Origin: an uncultured Desulfospira sp.
Lineage (GTDB): Bacteria; Desulfobacterota; Desulfobacteria; Desulfobacterales; Desulfobacteraceae
Length of the DNA stretch: 64,000 bases
Assembly: GCA_963663165.1 (NCBI GenBank)
Contig: OY760175.1
Coordinates: 6,272,001-6,336,000, forward strand
Direction: 5' to 3'
Shown here: positions 50,812 to 59,686 of the stretch, in pieces
Numbering within the stretch: the first letter of the stretch is position 1
Layout: the number at the start of each line of letters is the position of its first letter
Notes under the pieces: model-generated
The model's input: the letters and a program-made list of their open reading frames with translations, nothing else
Told to the model about the DNA's origin: nothing
The model's database searches: none
Position numbers and translations under genes: made by a program

Positions 50812-50915
50812 TTCCGGGGACACGAAATAAAAATATTGGCAAGCCAATTTTAATTTTGTCTCTTGTCCCCGGTATTGACCAGAATGGAATTCAGATAAGT
50901 TGATCCGTGGTATGC

Positions 50916-51710
50916 CTAAAACAACCTTTTTTTGCGGAATACCGCCAGGCTTGCCAGGCCGGTCGATAGAAACCAGAATGCGCCGGGGATGGGGACGGCG
51001 GCAAGGCCAGTAACGTCAACAACATAATAAACGTCATAAACCCCATAATCTTTCAGGTGCCAGTTATCATCATCTGAAAGGAAAACCTCATAATAGTCCA
51101 AACTGTCCGATCCCGAATAATCATCGGAATCCGTGATATAGATACCCGTAATCTCACCTTGATCATCCGTTTCAAACCCCCAACACGTAATCGCATGGCC
51201 GAACCAATTTTCACCAAGATAAAATCCTATACTAAGGACGGTACCATAACCATGTGTCAGGGAATATTCAATACTGTTCAACGCATCAGTGCCCCCGGAA
51301 CCGTCGTAAAAGGATGAAGAAAAATCGTTATAGGTATAAAAATCTCCACCGGATAAACCCGCTTCAAGTTGGGACCACCCATCTACTCCCTGTGCCTGAT
51401 TCACTCCATAAAACCACCATTCCCATCCGTATTGTGATTTTCCTCCCTCATCAGTCCAGTAGTCTTGAAAATAGGAGAATATTTGATCGGCGTCGCCAAT
51501 ATTGTTTCCCCAGCCGCTCCAGGCAAGAATATTAGCGGCTGCCGCTGCCCAGCACATTGAATCATCGTCTTCGTTTAACTTGGTTTTGTCTGCATCAGAC
51601 CAGGTGCCGCCGTAGTTCTCCCATAAATAGTAGGTTGAGGCGCCGGCTGAACCAGCCGAAACCGTAAAAAAAGCACTTAACACTGCAACAAAAAGGCATA
51701 TTTTCTTCAT
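50916..51710 (-). CDS. Secreted IdeS/Mac-like papain-fold cysteine peptidase with VPxP-CTERM signal
   Basis: RBS GAGGAG, signal peptide; DDSMCWAAAAANIL, GHAITCWG, IYITDSDD; C-terminal VPIPGAFWFLSTGLASLAVFRKKR. Confidence 0.78.
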   Translation of the reverse strand: MKKICLFVAVLSAFFTVSAGSAGASTYYLWENYGGTWSDADKTKLNEDDDSMCWAAAAANILAWSGWGNNIGDADQIFSYFQDYWTDEGGKSQYGWEWWFYGVNQAQGVDGWSQLEAGLSGGDFYTYNDFSSSFYDGSGGTDALNSIEYSLTHGYGTVLSIGFYLGENWFGHAITCWGFETDDQGEITGIYITDSDDYSGSDSLDYYEVFLSDDDNWHLKDYGVYDVYYVVDVTGLAAVPIPGAFWFLSTGLASLAVFRKKRLF

Positions 51711-52241
51711 AGGGCTCCTCCAAAACAAAGGGTTCGGTTTATTGGGCTGCAAAATATTGCCACCCGTCCGGGCATAGCTGGAAATCAGGTGCCTTTTAAG
51801 ACTCAATTTTTTTATATTATACAACAGTTTTTTGCAAACAATATTTCAAAAAAAATATAAAAAAAGTTAGCCTCATTGATTTTTGCCGCAACGACGCATA
51901 CGGCTTTCAGCAAGCTCTCTTAATCGCCTTTTCCGGTGTAAGAGACAGGCCTGGTGATTTCTTGCCTGCCCTTTTATCCGGATCCTTTGTCGGGGCAAAG
52001 CTGCTACAGTCCGTTATGTGCGCATGGCCCCGCCTTGAATCCGATGGCCAGCTTTTAAAAGTGTAACGCCTATCCCCTATATTCATAACGAAATAATGTA
52101 ACGACCAGATACCCCGCTGCCACACCCTGCTAAAAAATTATAAAAATCATACCCCGCATGCCGACCCCGCCGGTAGACCCCGCCGCTGACTTATTCAAAA
52201 TTTGCTACATATAATCTCCGTGATTCGAATCTTGGAGAAAA

Positions 52242-52592
52242 ATGATGGCAAAGAATTCTCGTGGAAAACGCCCTTGCTCTATTTGCCGAAAATGGTTTGC
52301 TCCTGATGTAAGACAAAAAGGCCGACAGAGAACATGCAGTCCGGTTTGCCAAAATGAGCTTCATCGAAGGCAATGTGAAAACTGGAACAGGAAAAACAAA
52401 GCGGTCTCCATAAATAATTACCTGGCAAAGAAAATTGAAAAGGCTCAAAACCTTCAAACATCCGGGAAATTGCCTGTTTTGCCGCTGGAAGTTATTGAAA
52501 CAGAATACGGTATCAAGCCGGCAATTATCGTCGAATATCTGGTTGCCCAGGTTATCTGTCATACCAAAGAAAAAATTCGAGAATTCCCATAA
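52242..52592 (+). CDS. Small basic Cys4 zinc-finger protein (element 1, gene 1)
   Basis: CSIC...CSPVC followed by an Arg/Lys-rich helix; RBS GGAG. Confidence 0.75.
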   Translation: MMAKNSRGKRPCSICRKWFAPDVRQKGRQRTCSPVCQNELHRRQCENWNRKNKAVSINNYLAKKIEKAQNLQTSGKLPVLPLEVIETEYGIKPAIIVEYLVAQVICHTKEKIREFP

Positions 52593-52768
52593 ACACCTCT
52601 GACTAATCGAATATTGATTTCAAGAGACAAGGTTATGTTAACCTCTTGTAATATTAAGATATACAAACAGAGTAATCGAATTTTGATTCTAAGAGACATC
52701 ATGCGCATAAGTTGTTGATAATATATATAGATACAAACAGAGTAATCAGTATTCCAGTTCAAGAGGCA
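52592..52768. repeat. Three degenerate ~38-bp direct repeats, 69-70-bp period
   Basis: Units ~52592-52629, 52661-52698, 52731-52768; consensus ATACAAACAGAGTAATC...TTC(T)AAGAG(A/G)CA; spacers 31 and 32 bp. Confidence 0.8.
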
Positions 52769-52835
52769 ACTGACAGCCGACCCTGGCCGGTGATATAAAA
52801 AGGCATCTGAAATTCTAAAAATAAGGAGATGTCTC

Positions 52836-53192
52836 ATGGCAAACAGGTTTTCATCCCGGGAATTATTTGAACTGAGGAACAATATCCCTGTGGATATGCT
52901 GATCAGGGATCATTTACAGATTCCATCCAAGATCAGGGATGGCTACTTTCGTTTTCTATGCCCTTTGTGCAATGAATTTCAAACCGCTGTAAATCCAGCC
53001 ACGAACCTGGCCAGGTGCTTCAGATGCGAAAAGAATTTTAATACCATCGACCTTGTCATGAAAATCAAGGGTTATGGCTTCCGGGATAGTGTTTTGTTTT
53101 TGAAACAAATAAATACGGCCCCCCAGGTTCAGACCGCAAAATTGACGGCTCTTGCTGCTATGGTCGGCAGACCCATGCCGGCAGGGCAGTGA
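52836..53192 (+). CDS. Primase-type (CHC2-like) zinc-ribbon protein
   Basis: FLCPLC...RCFRC...TIDLVM...F.D.V resembles the DnaG zinc-binding domain, no TOPRIM; RBS AAGGAG. Confidence 0.75.
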   Translation: MANRFSSRELFELRNNIPVDMLIRDHLQIPSKIRDGYFRFLCPLCNEFQTAVNPATNLARCFRCEKNFNTIDLVMKIKGYGFRDSVLFLKQINTAPQVQTAKLTALAAMVGRPMPAGQ

Positions 53193-53752
53193 ATATGGAA
53201 CGGTTGCTTGAGCTTGAAACCCTGATTGGTCGCAACCAGGAATGTTTTTACAAAATCGGCCGGGCCTTGAAGGAAATTCGAGATAACCGTTTGTACAAAC
53301 AGGCTTTGTTTGAGTCATTTGAAACATATACCAGGCAGCGATGGGATATGGGCAAGGCTTATGCCTACCGCCTGATCAGAGCCTATGAAGTGATCTACAA
53401 TTTGTCGCCAATTGGCGACAAGCTACCTGCCAACGAATCCCAGGTCCGTCCCCTGACTCAAATGGACTCCATAGAACAACGCCGTATCTGGAGGGAGATT
53501 ATAAACAGCGGCATGGAACTGACCGCACAAAATATCAAAAAATTTATTGAGGCCCGGAAAACGGCTCCGGCAAGTAGACCGGATCTGACAAATAAAATTT
53601 CAAATGAATACATGGCTGTTGTAAAGGCAATGCTTGAGCAGGTCCGTGTGGCACAACATGATCATTGGCAGCAGACCTCCCGCCAAGCCGCATTGTTGTG
53701 GCACCGGGTCATATACGAAAAGATCATATCAAAGGGGGCAGATAATGGATGA
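53189..53752 (+). CDS. Putative helical DNA-binding protein (ParB/KorB-like HTH region)
   Basis: FYKIGRALKEIRDNRLY...FETY...RWDM...AYRLI...NESQVRPL; GTGA overlap; close paralog at 57468. Confidence 0.65.
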   Translation: MNMERLLELETLIGRNQECFYKIGRALKEIRDNRLYKQALFESFETYTRQRWDMGKAYAYRLIRAYEVIYNLSPIGDKLPANESQVRPLTQMDSIEQRRIWREIINSGMELTAQNIKKFIEARKTAPASRPDLTNKISNEYMAVVKAMLEQVRVAQHDHWQQTSRQAALLWHRVIYEKIISKGADNG

Positions 53753-55409
53753 CCTAAGCATTGACGACCGCTTCCACTTACTGCTGCACAAAAAAATCAT
53801 GAACAAAACTGGATCTGCCAAGAGAAGATCCAAAAAATATTACAAGGACCAGTACAAAAAAAACGGGATTATCCCGCCTCCCCTTTTACTGGTTGAAAAA
53901 GGAATTATGGATGGCCGCAAGTGCAGCGGGCGGCCCAGAGTCATAGACGAACAAACCCAAAGGCGGTTTATTGAAATGGTCAAGGCGTCATGCGACCCCT
54001 CATCCCAGGGGTTCATTTTTATCACCCGGAGAGCCAGGACCATTAAAAATTACCACTGCTGGCTTGAGGAAGAGCTGGGGAAAAAAATCAGTCTCCCTGC
54101 ACTTTGGCGATGCGCCAAAAGGGAGAATCTCAAATTTTACCTGGAAAAAGAGGACGATCAGGAGCCGTCACCGGCACGTTATACCTTCAAATCGGTTACG
54201 GTGTTTACCTTGATCCAGGTTGACGGTTGCAAGTTCCAATATTTAAGAATCAGAGATGAACATGGCAACTGGCAGAAACCACGGGTAATTGAAATATTCG
54301 ATACCGGCTCCAGGAAACTGTTTATTATGGAATTCTATTTTACCGAAAGCAATCTGAATTCTGTGGATCTTTTTACCCGTTTTTTGTTGTGCACACCTTT
54401 TCCTTTGATAACAATCGGTATCAGGCCTGATCGGGCAAAGGGATTTTTAAATCTCAAGCGTCCCATTAATGCGATTAACCTTGCGCATTCTACGCCGGGC
54501 GGTTTTTATTTGGCACCGGATTTTTCAAGGGCGCATTCCCCCAAAGATAAGGCGCATCTGGAATCTTCACACCGAAGCCTGCATAATTTTGAAATACGAA
54601 TTATCAAAGCGTTTGAGAGCAGGATTGTGAAAACCGTTACCGAATATGACTTCAAGCGGGGAAGAAAGGAAAAAGTTACTGTAACCCTTCTTGATATCAC
54701 CCTTGATGAATTGAGGAACAGCACTGTGCTCAGCCAATACCGCAACGAACACAATCATACACAACATTATTTTACCGAAGACGGCGTAGTCAGTGCCTGG
54801 GTGCCGGCACAAAAGTTTGATGATTTTTTATCAAATCAGACAGACACCCTGAATTTTACCCCGGAGCAGGTTCAGGAATATATGAAATACGGTTACAGGA
54901 AAATCAAAGCCACGGTATCCAAAAATAGAACCATCCGCCATGACAAAAGGGATTATTATGTGACCAGTGGTGCAGACCGGTTCAGCAGGCATAAAAGTAC
55001 ACCGGTAAAAATATCCAGATACAGGGACAAACTTTTTATCTTTGAGCCCAGTGAAGACGGCATCCTGATAGGCGAAGCCATTGCAAAAAAGCCGTTTGAC
55101 AGCCCGCCGTCTCCAGCGACCGCTCCTGTACCCGACGAACTCGACACCATTATCGCTCTTTTGGAAAAGCACAATATGGCCGTTGACCGGCCTATTTTAA
55201 TCGAAGTTTACCATAAAGGCCTCACCTTGTCCCTGGCGGAGCAAGTGCTTCACCATAATCAATCAAGGTACGCAGATTACATGAAAAAAATGAACCAGCC
55301 TGAGGAACGTAAAAATCAAGCCTTATTTAATGCTTTTATGCTTGATTGCCAAAAATCGTTAAATACGAATCAGGTGGCCACTTATGCATCCCACGGAGAT
55401 ATGCCATGA
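53745..55409 (+). CDS. DDE transposase/integrase (Mu/TnsB/IstA-like)
   Basis: N-terminal SGRPR; candidate triad IQVDG, IRPD, KAHLESSHR; paralog at 58019. Confidence 0.8.
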   Translation: MDDLSIDDRFHLLLHKKIMNKTGSAKRRSKKYYKDQYKKNGIIPPPLLLVEKGIMDGRKCSGRPRVIDEQTQRRFIEMVKASCDPSSQGFIFITRRARTIKNYHCWLEEELGKKISLPALWRCAKRENLKFYLEKEDDQEPSPARYTFKSVTVFTLIQVDGCKFQYLRIRDEHGNWQKPRVIEIFDTGSRKLFIMEFYFTESNLNSVDLFTRFLLCTPFPLITIGIRPDRAKGFLNLKRPINAINLAHSTPGGFYLAPDFSRAHSPKDKAHLESSHRSLHNFEIRIIKAFESRIVKTVTEYDFKRGRKEKVTVTLLDITLDELRNSTVLSQYRNEHNHTQHYFTEDGVVSAWVPAQKFDDFLSNQTDTLNFTPEQVQEYMKYGYRKIKATVSKNRTIRHDKRDYYVTSGADRFSRHKSTPVKISRYRDKLFIFEPSEDGILIGEAIAKKPFDSPPSPATAPVPDELDTIIALLEKHNMAVDRPILIEVYHKGLTLSLAEQVLHHNQSRYADYMKKMNQPEERKNQALFNAFMLDCQKSLNTNQVATYASHGDMP

Positions 55410-56068
55410 AAGAGGATTTTATCAGTGATAAACGAAGGGTCTCATACCTGTCTGCTACTTATAACAGGATATACAGGGGTCAAAGCGTACTCATTGAAGG
55501 GGATTTTGGCGCAGGCAAAACTCGTTTTTTAAGACTGCTGCGGCCTAAAAAGCTCCATGCCGTATGGGTCGAGTCTCTGTTCAACATCCATGAAACCCTG
55601 GCATCCATACTTAAAGAACTGAATTATGAGACCTCCGCCACTTACCGCCGGACTCCCCAGTACCTGAAAACGATCTGCAACCTATCCAATTGTTTTATCA
55701 TCATAGATGAAGCCAACGACCTGGACTCCCGGGTTTGGCCATATCTCAAACGAATTATTGATGCCGGTGTCCCCATCGTATTTGCAGGGCTCCCCAAGGT
55801 CAGAACCTATTTGAGCCGGAATCATCCCGATATACTCAGCCGGCTCAAAACTCTGATTTTATATCCCATAGAGGTCGAGGACTTCATTGAAAAATACAAA
55901 GATATCCAGCATGAAGCAGTTGAACAGATATATATGGCCGTCAAAGGCGACATGAGAAAATTTAAAGAAATCTGTACAGACTGTCAGGACAGGGCAAAGG
56001 AGTTGAACCACAACTTTGTTGATATCAATCTTGCCCTGGAATTTATATCCGACCTTCCTCCCCAGTAA
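55406..56068 (+). CDS. AAA+ ATPase (MuB/TnsC/ExeA-like)
   Basis: Walker A GDFGAGKT, Walker B IIIDEA, LSR, GDMR; ATGA overlap with the transposase. Confidence 0.85.
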   Translation: MKEDFISDKRRVSYLSATYNRIYRGQSVLIEGDFGAGKTRFLRLLRPKKLHAVWVESLFNIHETLASILKELNYETSATYRRTPQYLKTICNLSNCFIIIDEANDLDSRVWPYLKRIIDAGVPIVFAGLPKVRTYLSRNHPDILSRLKTLILYPIEVEDFIEKYKDIQHEAVEQIYMAVKGDMRKFKEICTDCQDRAKELNHNFVDINLALEFISDLPPQ

Positions 56069-56661
56069 TCCTTATCACAATTTATCTGCACTAACAGGCC
56101 ACCTTGTGTTAGCACCAAGGGCGGCCTTGTTGTATCTGTTCATTATATAATGGTGCCGATGCCTGCTTGATCTATTGTTAATGTCTTGAAACCACAGACC
56201 ATTTTTGAGTTCTTTTTGGACCGTTACATTATTTTGCAATTATTCTTTTGATGACGATTTCACTCAACACTTTTAAATCACAATAAAAACATTGATTTTT
56301 ATCGGTAGCATCAAGCCTCAACACCGTTACAGTATTTGAAGCTCGTCACATGCTAAGATTCAAAAAATGTAACGCGGATACGCCAAATCAGCTACAAAAT
56401 AATATAACGGGAAGATATCCCGCCGCTTTACCCCGCCAATAAAATATATAAACCTTACCTCGCTTACCCCGCAGTTATCCCGCCGCGAATTTTTTCGAAA
56501 AAAGCTTTGCCAATCTATTTGGAAGAAGTCAATACTTCCTTGATAAAAAAGGCTCGAAGCTGCAACTTCGAGCCTTCAATGTAGACATCCGAGTAGGTTA
56601 CGGAAGCCACACCACCGTTTTTATCTAACCACGGCTTCCGTAATTTAGCAAGAGCGGAAGC

Positions 56662-57051
56662 ATGGAAATCGTTTTATTAAAACGTATCGAGTGTAAGCGA
56701 TGTTTCCAAATTTTCTATGTGTGCCGCAGTTGCTGGCGGGGGCAGGCATATTGCTGTCAAGAATGCCGCCAGGAGGCCCGCAAAGAAGCGCACTGCAAAG
56801 CTCAAAAAAAATATCGACAAACGCCAAAAGGTAAAGAGGCCCACCGTCGTCAAGAAAAAAACAAAAGATTACGTCAAGCTGAAAAAACCATGGATGATAC
56901 ATCTACTATACCCGGTGTAACCCATGATAGTGTCTCTCCCAAGCCATTATGTTCCGGCCCCTGTTGCCATTTTTGTGGGAAAATTGGTTGGGTTGTAGAG
57001 CATTTTCCCTGGCGCGGATATGCAAAACGACCTGTAAGGGCCAATCAATGA
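56662..57051 (+). CDS. Cys-rich zinc-finger protein (element 2, gene 1)
   Basis: CKRC...CRSC...YCCQEC, basic helix, C-terminal CHFC; not visibly homologous to 52242-52592. Confidence 0.75.
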   Translation: MEIVLLKRIECKRCFQIFYVCRSCWRGQAYCCQECRQEARKEAHCKAQKKYRQTPKGKEAHRRQEKNKRLRQAEKTMDDTSTIPGVTHDSVSPKPLCSGPCCHFCGKIGWVVEHFPWRGYAKRPVRANQ

Positions 57052-57075
57052 AACATCTTAATGGAGGATAAGACA

Positions 57076-57465
57076 ATGAAAAAAGAAATATTGACAGGCC
57101 ATTGCAACAAAATGAAAAACAGATTTTCATCCCGGGAGCTATTTAAACTGAGAAACGATATCCCTGTGGATATGCTGATCCGTGACCATTTACAGATTCC
57201 ATCCAAAATCAGGGATGGTGTTTTCCGGTTTTTATGTCCTTTGTGCAATGAGTTTCAAACCGCTGTAAATCCAGCCACCAATCTGGCCAGGTGTTTTCGG
57301 TGTGAGAAGAATTTCAACACCATTGATCTGGTCATGGAAGTCAAGGGATATGGATTCAGGGACAGTGTATTTTTTTTGAAAGAACTGGATGCGGTCTCCT
57401 ATGTCCCGGCAAATGTGTTGACGTCTCTTGCCACCGGTATCGGTCAACCCTGGCCTGGGAAGTAA
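57076..57465 (+). CDS. Primase-type (CHC2-like) zinc-ribbon protein
   Basis: Core nearly identical to 52836-53192; RBS GGAGGA before 57076 (alternative start 57112). Confidence 0.75.
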   Translation: MKKEILTGHCNKMKNRFSSRELFKLRNDIPVDMLIRDHLQIPSKIRDGVFRFLCPLCNEFQTAVNPATNLARCFRCEKNFNTIDLVMEVKGYGFRDSVFFLKELDAVSYVPANVLTSLATGIGQPWPGK

Positions 57466-57467
57466 AG

Positions 57468-58022
57468 ATGAAACGGCTGCTTCAACTGGAGACCCTTATT
57501 GCCCGTAATCAGGAGAGTTTCTATAAGATCGGTCAGGCGTTAAAAGAAATCCGTGACAGCCGCCTGTACAAACTGGCCCTGTTTGAGACATTTGAAGCAT
57601 ATACCAGGGAACGGTGGGATATGGGCAAGTCCCATGCATACCGCCTGATCAAATCTTATGAAGTGATCTATAATTTGTCCCCAATTGGGGACAAAACACC
57701 TGCCAATGAATCCCAGGTCCGGCCTCTTGCTCAATTGGACCCCCTGGACCAGCGCAACACCTGGAAGGCAATCATAGACAACGGTATTGAGTTAACCGCA
57801 CGGAACATCAAAAAATTTGTAGAGGCCCAAAAAATACCCCCGGAGAACAAACCGGATTTGGCGGAACGGATTTCGGCTGAATACATGGCAGCCGTACATG
57901 CAATGATTGAACAGGTGCGGGTGGCCCAGCATGATCATTGGCAGCAAACGTCCCGGCAGGCTGCATTGTTGTGGCACAGGGTGATCCGCGAAAAAATTTT
58001 ATCAAAAGGGGCAAGACAATGA
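57468..58022 (+). CDS. Putative helical DNA-binding protein
   Basis: Full-length paralog of 53189-53752. Confidence 0.65.
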   Translation: MKRLLQLETLIARNQESFYKIGQALKEIRDSRLYKLALFETFEAYTRERWDMGKSHAYRLIKSYEVIYNLSPIGDKTPANESQVRPLAQLDPLDQRNTWKAIIDNGIELTARNIKKFVEAQKIPPENKPDLAERISAEYMAAVHAMIEQVRVAQHDHWQQTSRQAALLWHRVIREKILSKGARQ

Positions 58023-59686
58023 AGAACCTGAGCCTTGATGACCGTTTTTATTTGCTGCTCCATAAAAAAATCATGAATAAAACCGGATCAGCCAAAAGAA
58101 GGTCCAAAAAATATTACAAAGACCAGTACAGGAAAACCGGCATTATCCCGACGCCCCTTCTACTGGTTGAAAAAGGGATTATGGACGGCCGCAAATGCAG
58201 CGGCCGGCCCCGGTCCATAGATGAACAAACCAAAAGGCGGTTTATCGAAATGGTCAAGGCCTCCTGTGACCCGTCATCCCAGGGGTTTATTTTTATTACC
58301 CGAAAAGCCAGAACCATTAAAAATTACCACTATTGGCTTGAAAGAGAATTGGGAAAAACCATCAGCCTTCCGGCACTCAGGCGATGTGCCCAAAGGGAAG
58401 GCCTTAAATTTTACCTGGAAAAAGAAGATTTTGAAGAAAATGCCCCGGTGAAAAACGCATTCAAGCCTGTTCCGGTGTTTGGCCTGATACAGGTAGACGG
58501 TTGCAACTTTCGATATTTAAAAATCAAAAATGAGGCTGGCCACTGGCAAAAACCCCAAGTCATTGAAACGTTTGATACCGGTTCCCGGTACATGTTTGAA
58601 CTTGATGCCTATTTCGATGAAAGCAGCTTAAGCTCAGTGGATTTGTTTAACCGGTTTTTGCTTTCCACCCCATTTCCCCAGAAGAAAGTCCGGTTCAGGC
58701 CGGATAACGCCACAGGATTTGTAAATCTCAAAAGAGTCATCAACGCCTTGAATATAAAACATTCCGTTCCCGGAGGATTTTATCTGGCGCCGGATTTTTC
58801 AAGGGTAAGTGCCCCCAGGGACAAGGCCCATCTTGAGTCCTCCCATCGCAGTCTTCATAATTTTGAAATCCGAATCATCAAGGCGTTTGAAGACAGGATT
58901 GTAAAGACCGTTCCAGGGGTTATCTTCAATAATAAGAAAAAAGAAAAAATCACTGTGACACTCCTTGATATTACACTCCGGGATTTAAGACACAGCCCCC
59001 TGATAAAAGAATACCGCCACGAACATAACCACACCAAACATTATTTTAGCGAAAATGGAAAGATCAGTGCATGGGTTCCGGCACAAAAGCTGGAAGAATT
59101 TTTATCAAGGCAAGCCGATATCCTTACCTTTTCACCGGATGAGGTGCAGGAATATATGAAGTATGGCTACAGGAAAATAAAAGCCACTGTATCTAACAAA
59201 AGAACCATTCGCCATGACAACCGGATCTATTGTGTAACCAGTGGTACAGACCGGTTCAGCAGGCATAAAAGTACACCGGTGCAAATATCAGTATATAAGG
59301 GCAAGCTGTTTATTTTTGAACGGGGGGAAGACGGCATACTATTGGGCGAAGCCCTTGCCACAAAGCCGTTTGACAAACCACCTGACCCAAAATCTGTACC
59401 AGTGGCCCCGGATGAACTCGACATGATGATCATTTTTCTGGAAAAGCACAACATGGCCGTCGACCGGCGAGTCTTAATTGAAGCTTATCATAGCGGCCTC
59501 ACTCTGGCCCGGGCTCAACAAGTGCTTCATCATAATCAATCCAGGTACAAGAATTATATGAAAAAGATGCGGCAACCTGAAACACAGAAAAAGCAGGCGG
59601 TATTCAATGCCTTTATGCTTGACTGCCGGAAATTGATCAATACAAACCATGTGGCCACGTATGCATCCTGCGGAGATTTAACATGA
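58019..59686 (+). CDS. DDE transposase/integrase
   Basis: IQVDG, FRPDN, KAHLESSHR; ATGA overlap; paralog of 53745-55409. Confidence 0.8.
   Translation: MKNLSLDDRFYLLLHKKIMNKTGSAKRRSKKYYKDQYRKTGIIPTPLLLVEKGIMDGRKCSGRPRSIDEQTKRRFIEMVKASCDPSSQGFIFITRKARTIKNYHYWLERELGKTISLPALRRCAQREGLKFYLEKEDFEENAPVKNAFKPVPVFGLIQVDGCNFRYLKIKNEAGHWQKPQVIETFDTGSRYMFELDAYFDESSLSSVDLFNRFLLSTPFPQKKVRFRPDNATGFVNLKRVINALNIKHSVPGGFYLAPDFSRVSAPRDKAHLESSHRSLHNFEIRIIKAFEDRIVKTVPGVIFNNKKKEKITVTLLDITLRDLRHSPLIKEYRHEHNHTKHYFSENGKISAWVPAQKLEEFLSRQADILTFSPDEVQEYMKYGYRKIKATVSNKRTIRHDNRIYCVTSGTDRFSRHKSTPVQISVYKGKLFIFERGEDGILLGEALATKPFDKPPDPKSVPVAPDELDMMIIFLEKHNMAVDRRVLIEAYHSGLTLARAQQVLHHNQSRYKNYMKKMRQPETQKKQAVFNAFMLDCRKLINTNHVATYASCGDLT

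Larger units (their letters stand above)
52045..56348 (+). mobile_element. Five-gene DDE/AAA+ transposon, element 1 (4304 bp)
   Basis: Left end TGGCCAGCTTTTAAAAGTGTAACG vs right end (reverse complement) TGACGAGCTTCAAATACTGTAACG, 18/24 identical, TG...CA; second subterminal site at each end. Confidence 0.85.

Noticed and set aside
51885..51910. AGCCGTATGCG on the minus strand, resembling group II intron domain V
   Set aside because: The matching 3' arm and a reverse transcriptase are absent
52592..52768. Calling the array a true CRISPR
   Set aside because: Only three degenerate, non-palindromic repeats, partly similar spacers and no cas genes; kept as an unexplained array
53189..53752. DNA methyltransferase call for gene 3
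   Set aside because: No FxGxG or DPPY/NPPY/PC motif is visible
56327..56359. Hybrid -35/-10 promoter across the junction
   Set aside because: TTGAAG to TAAGAT spacing is only 12 bp; just a possible extended -10 (TGCTAAGAT) remains
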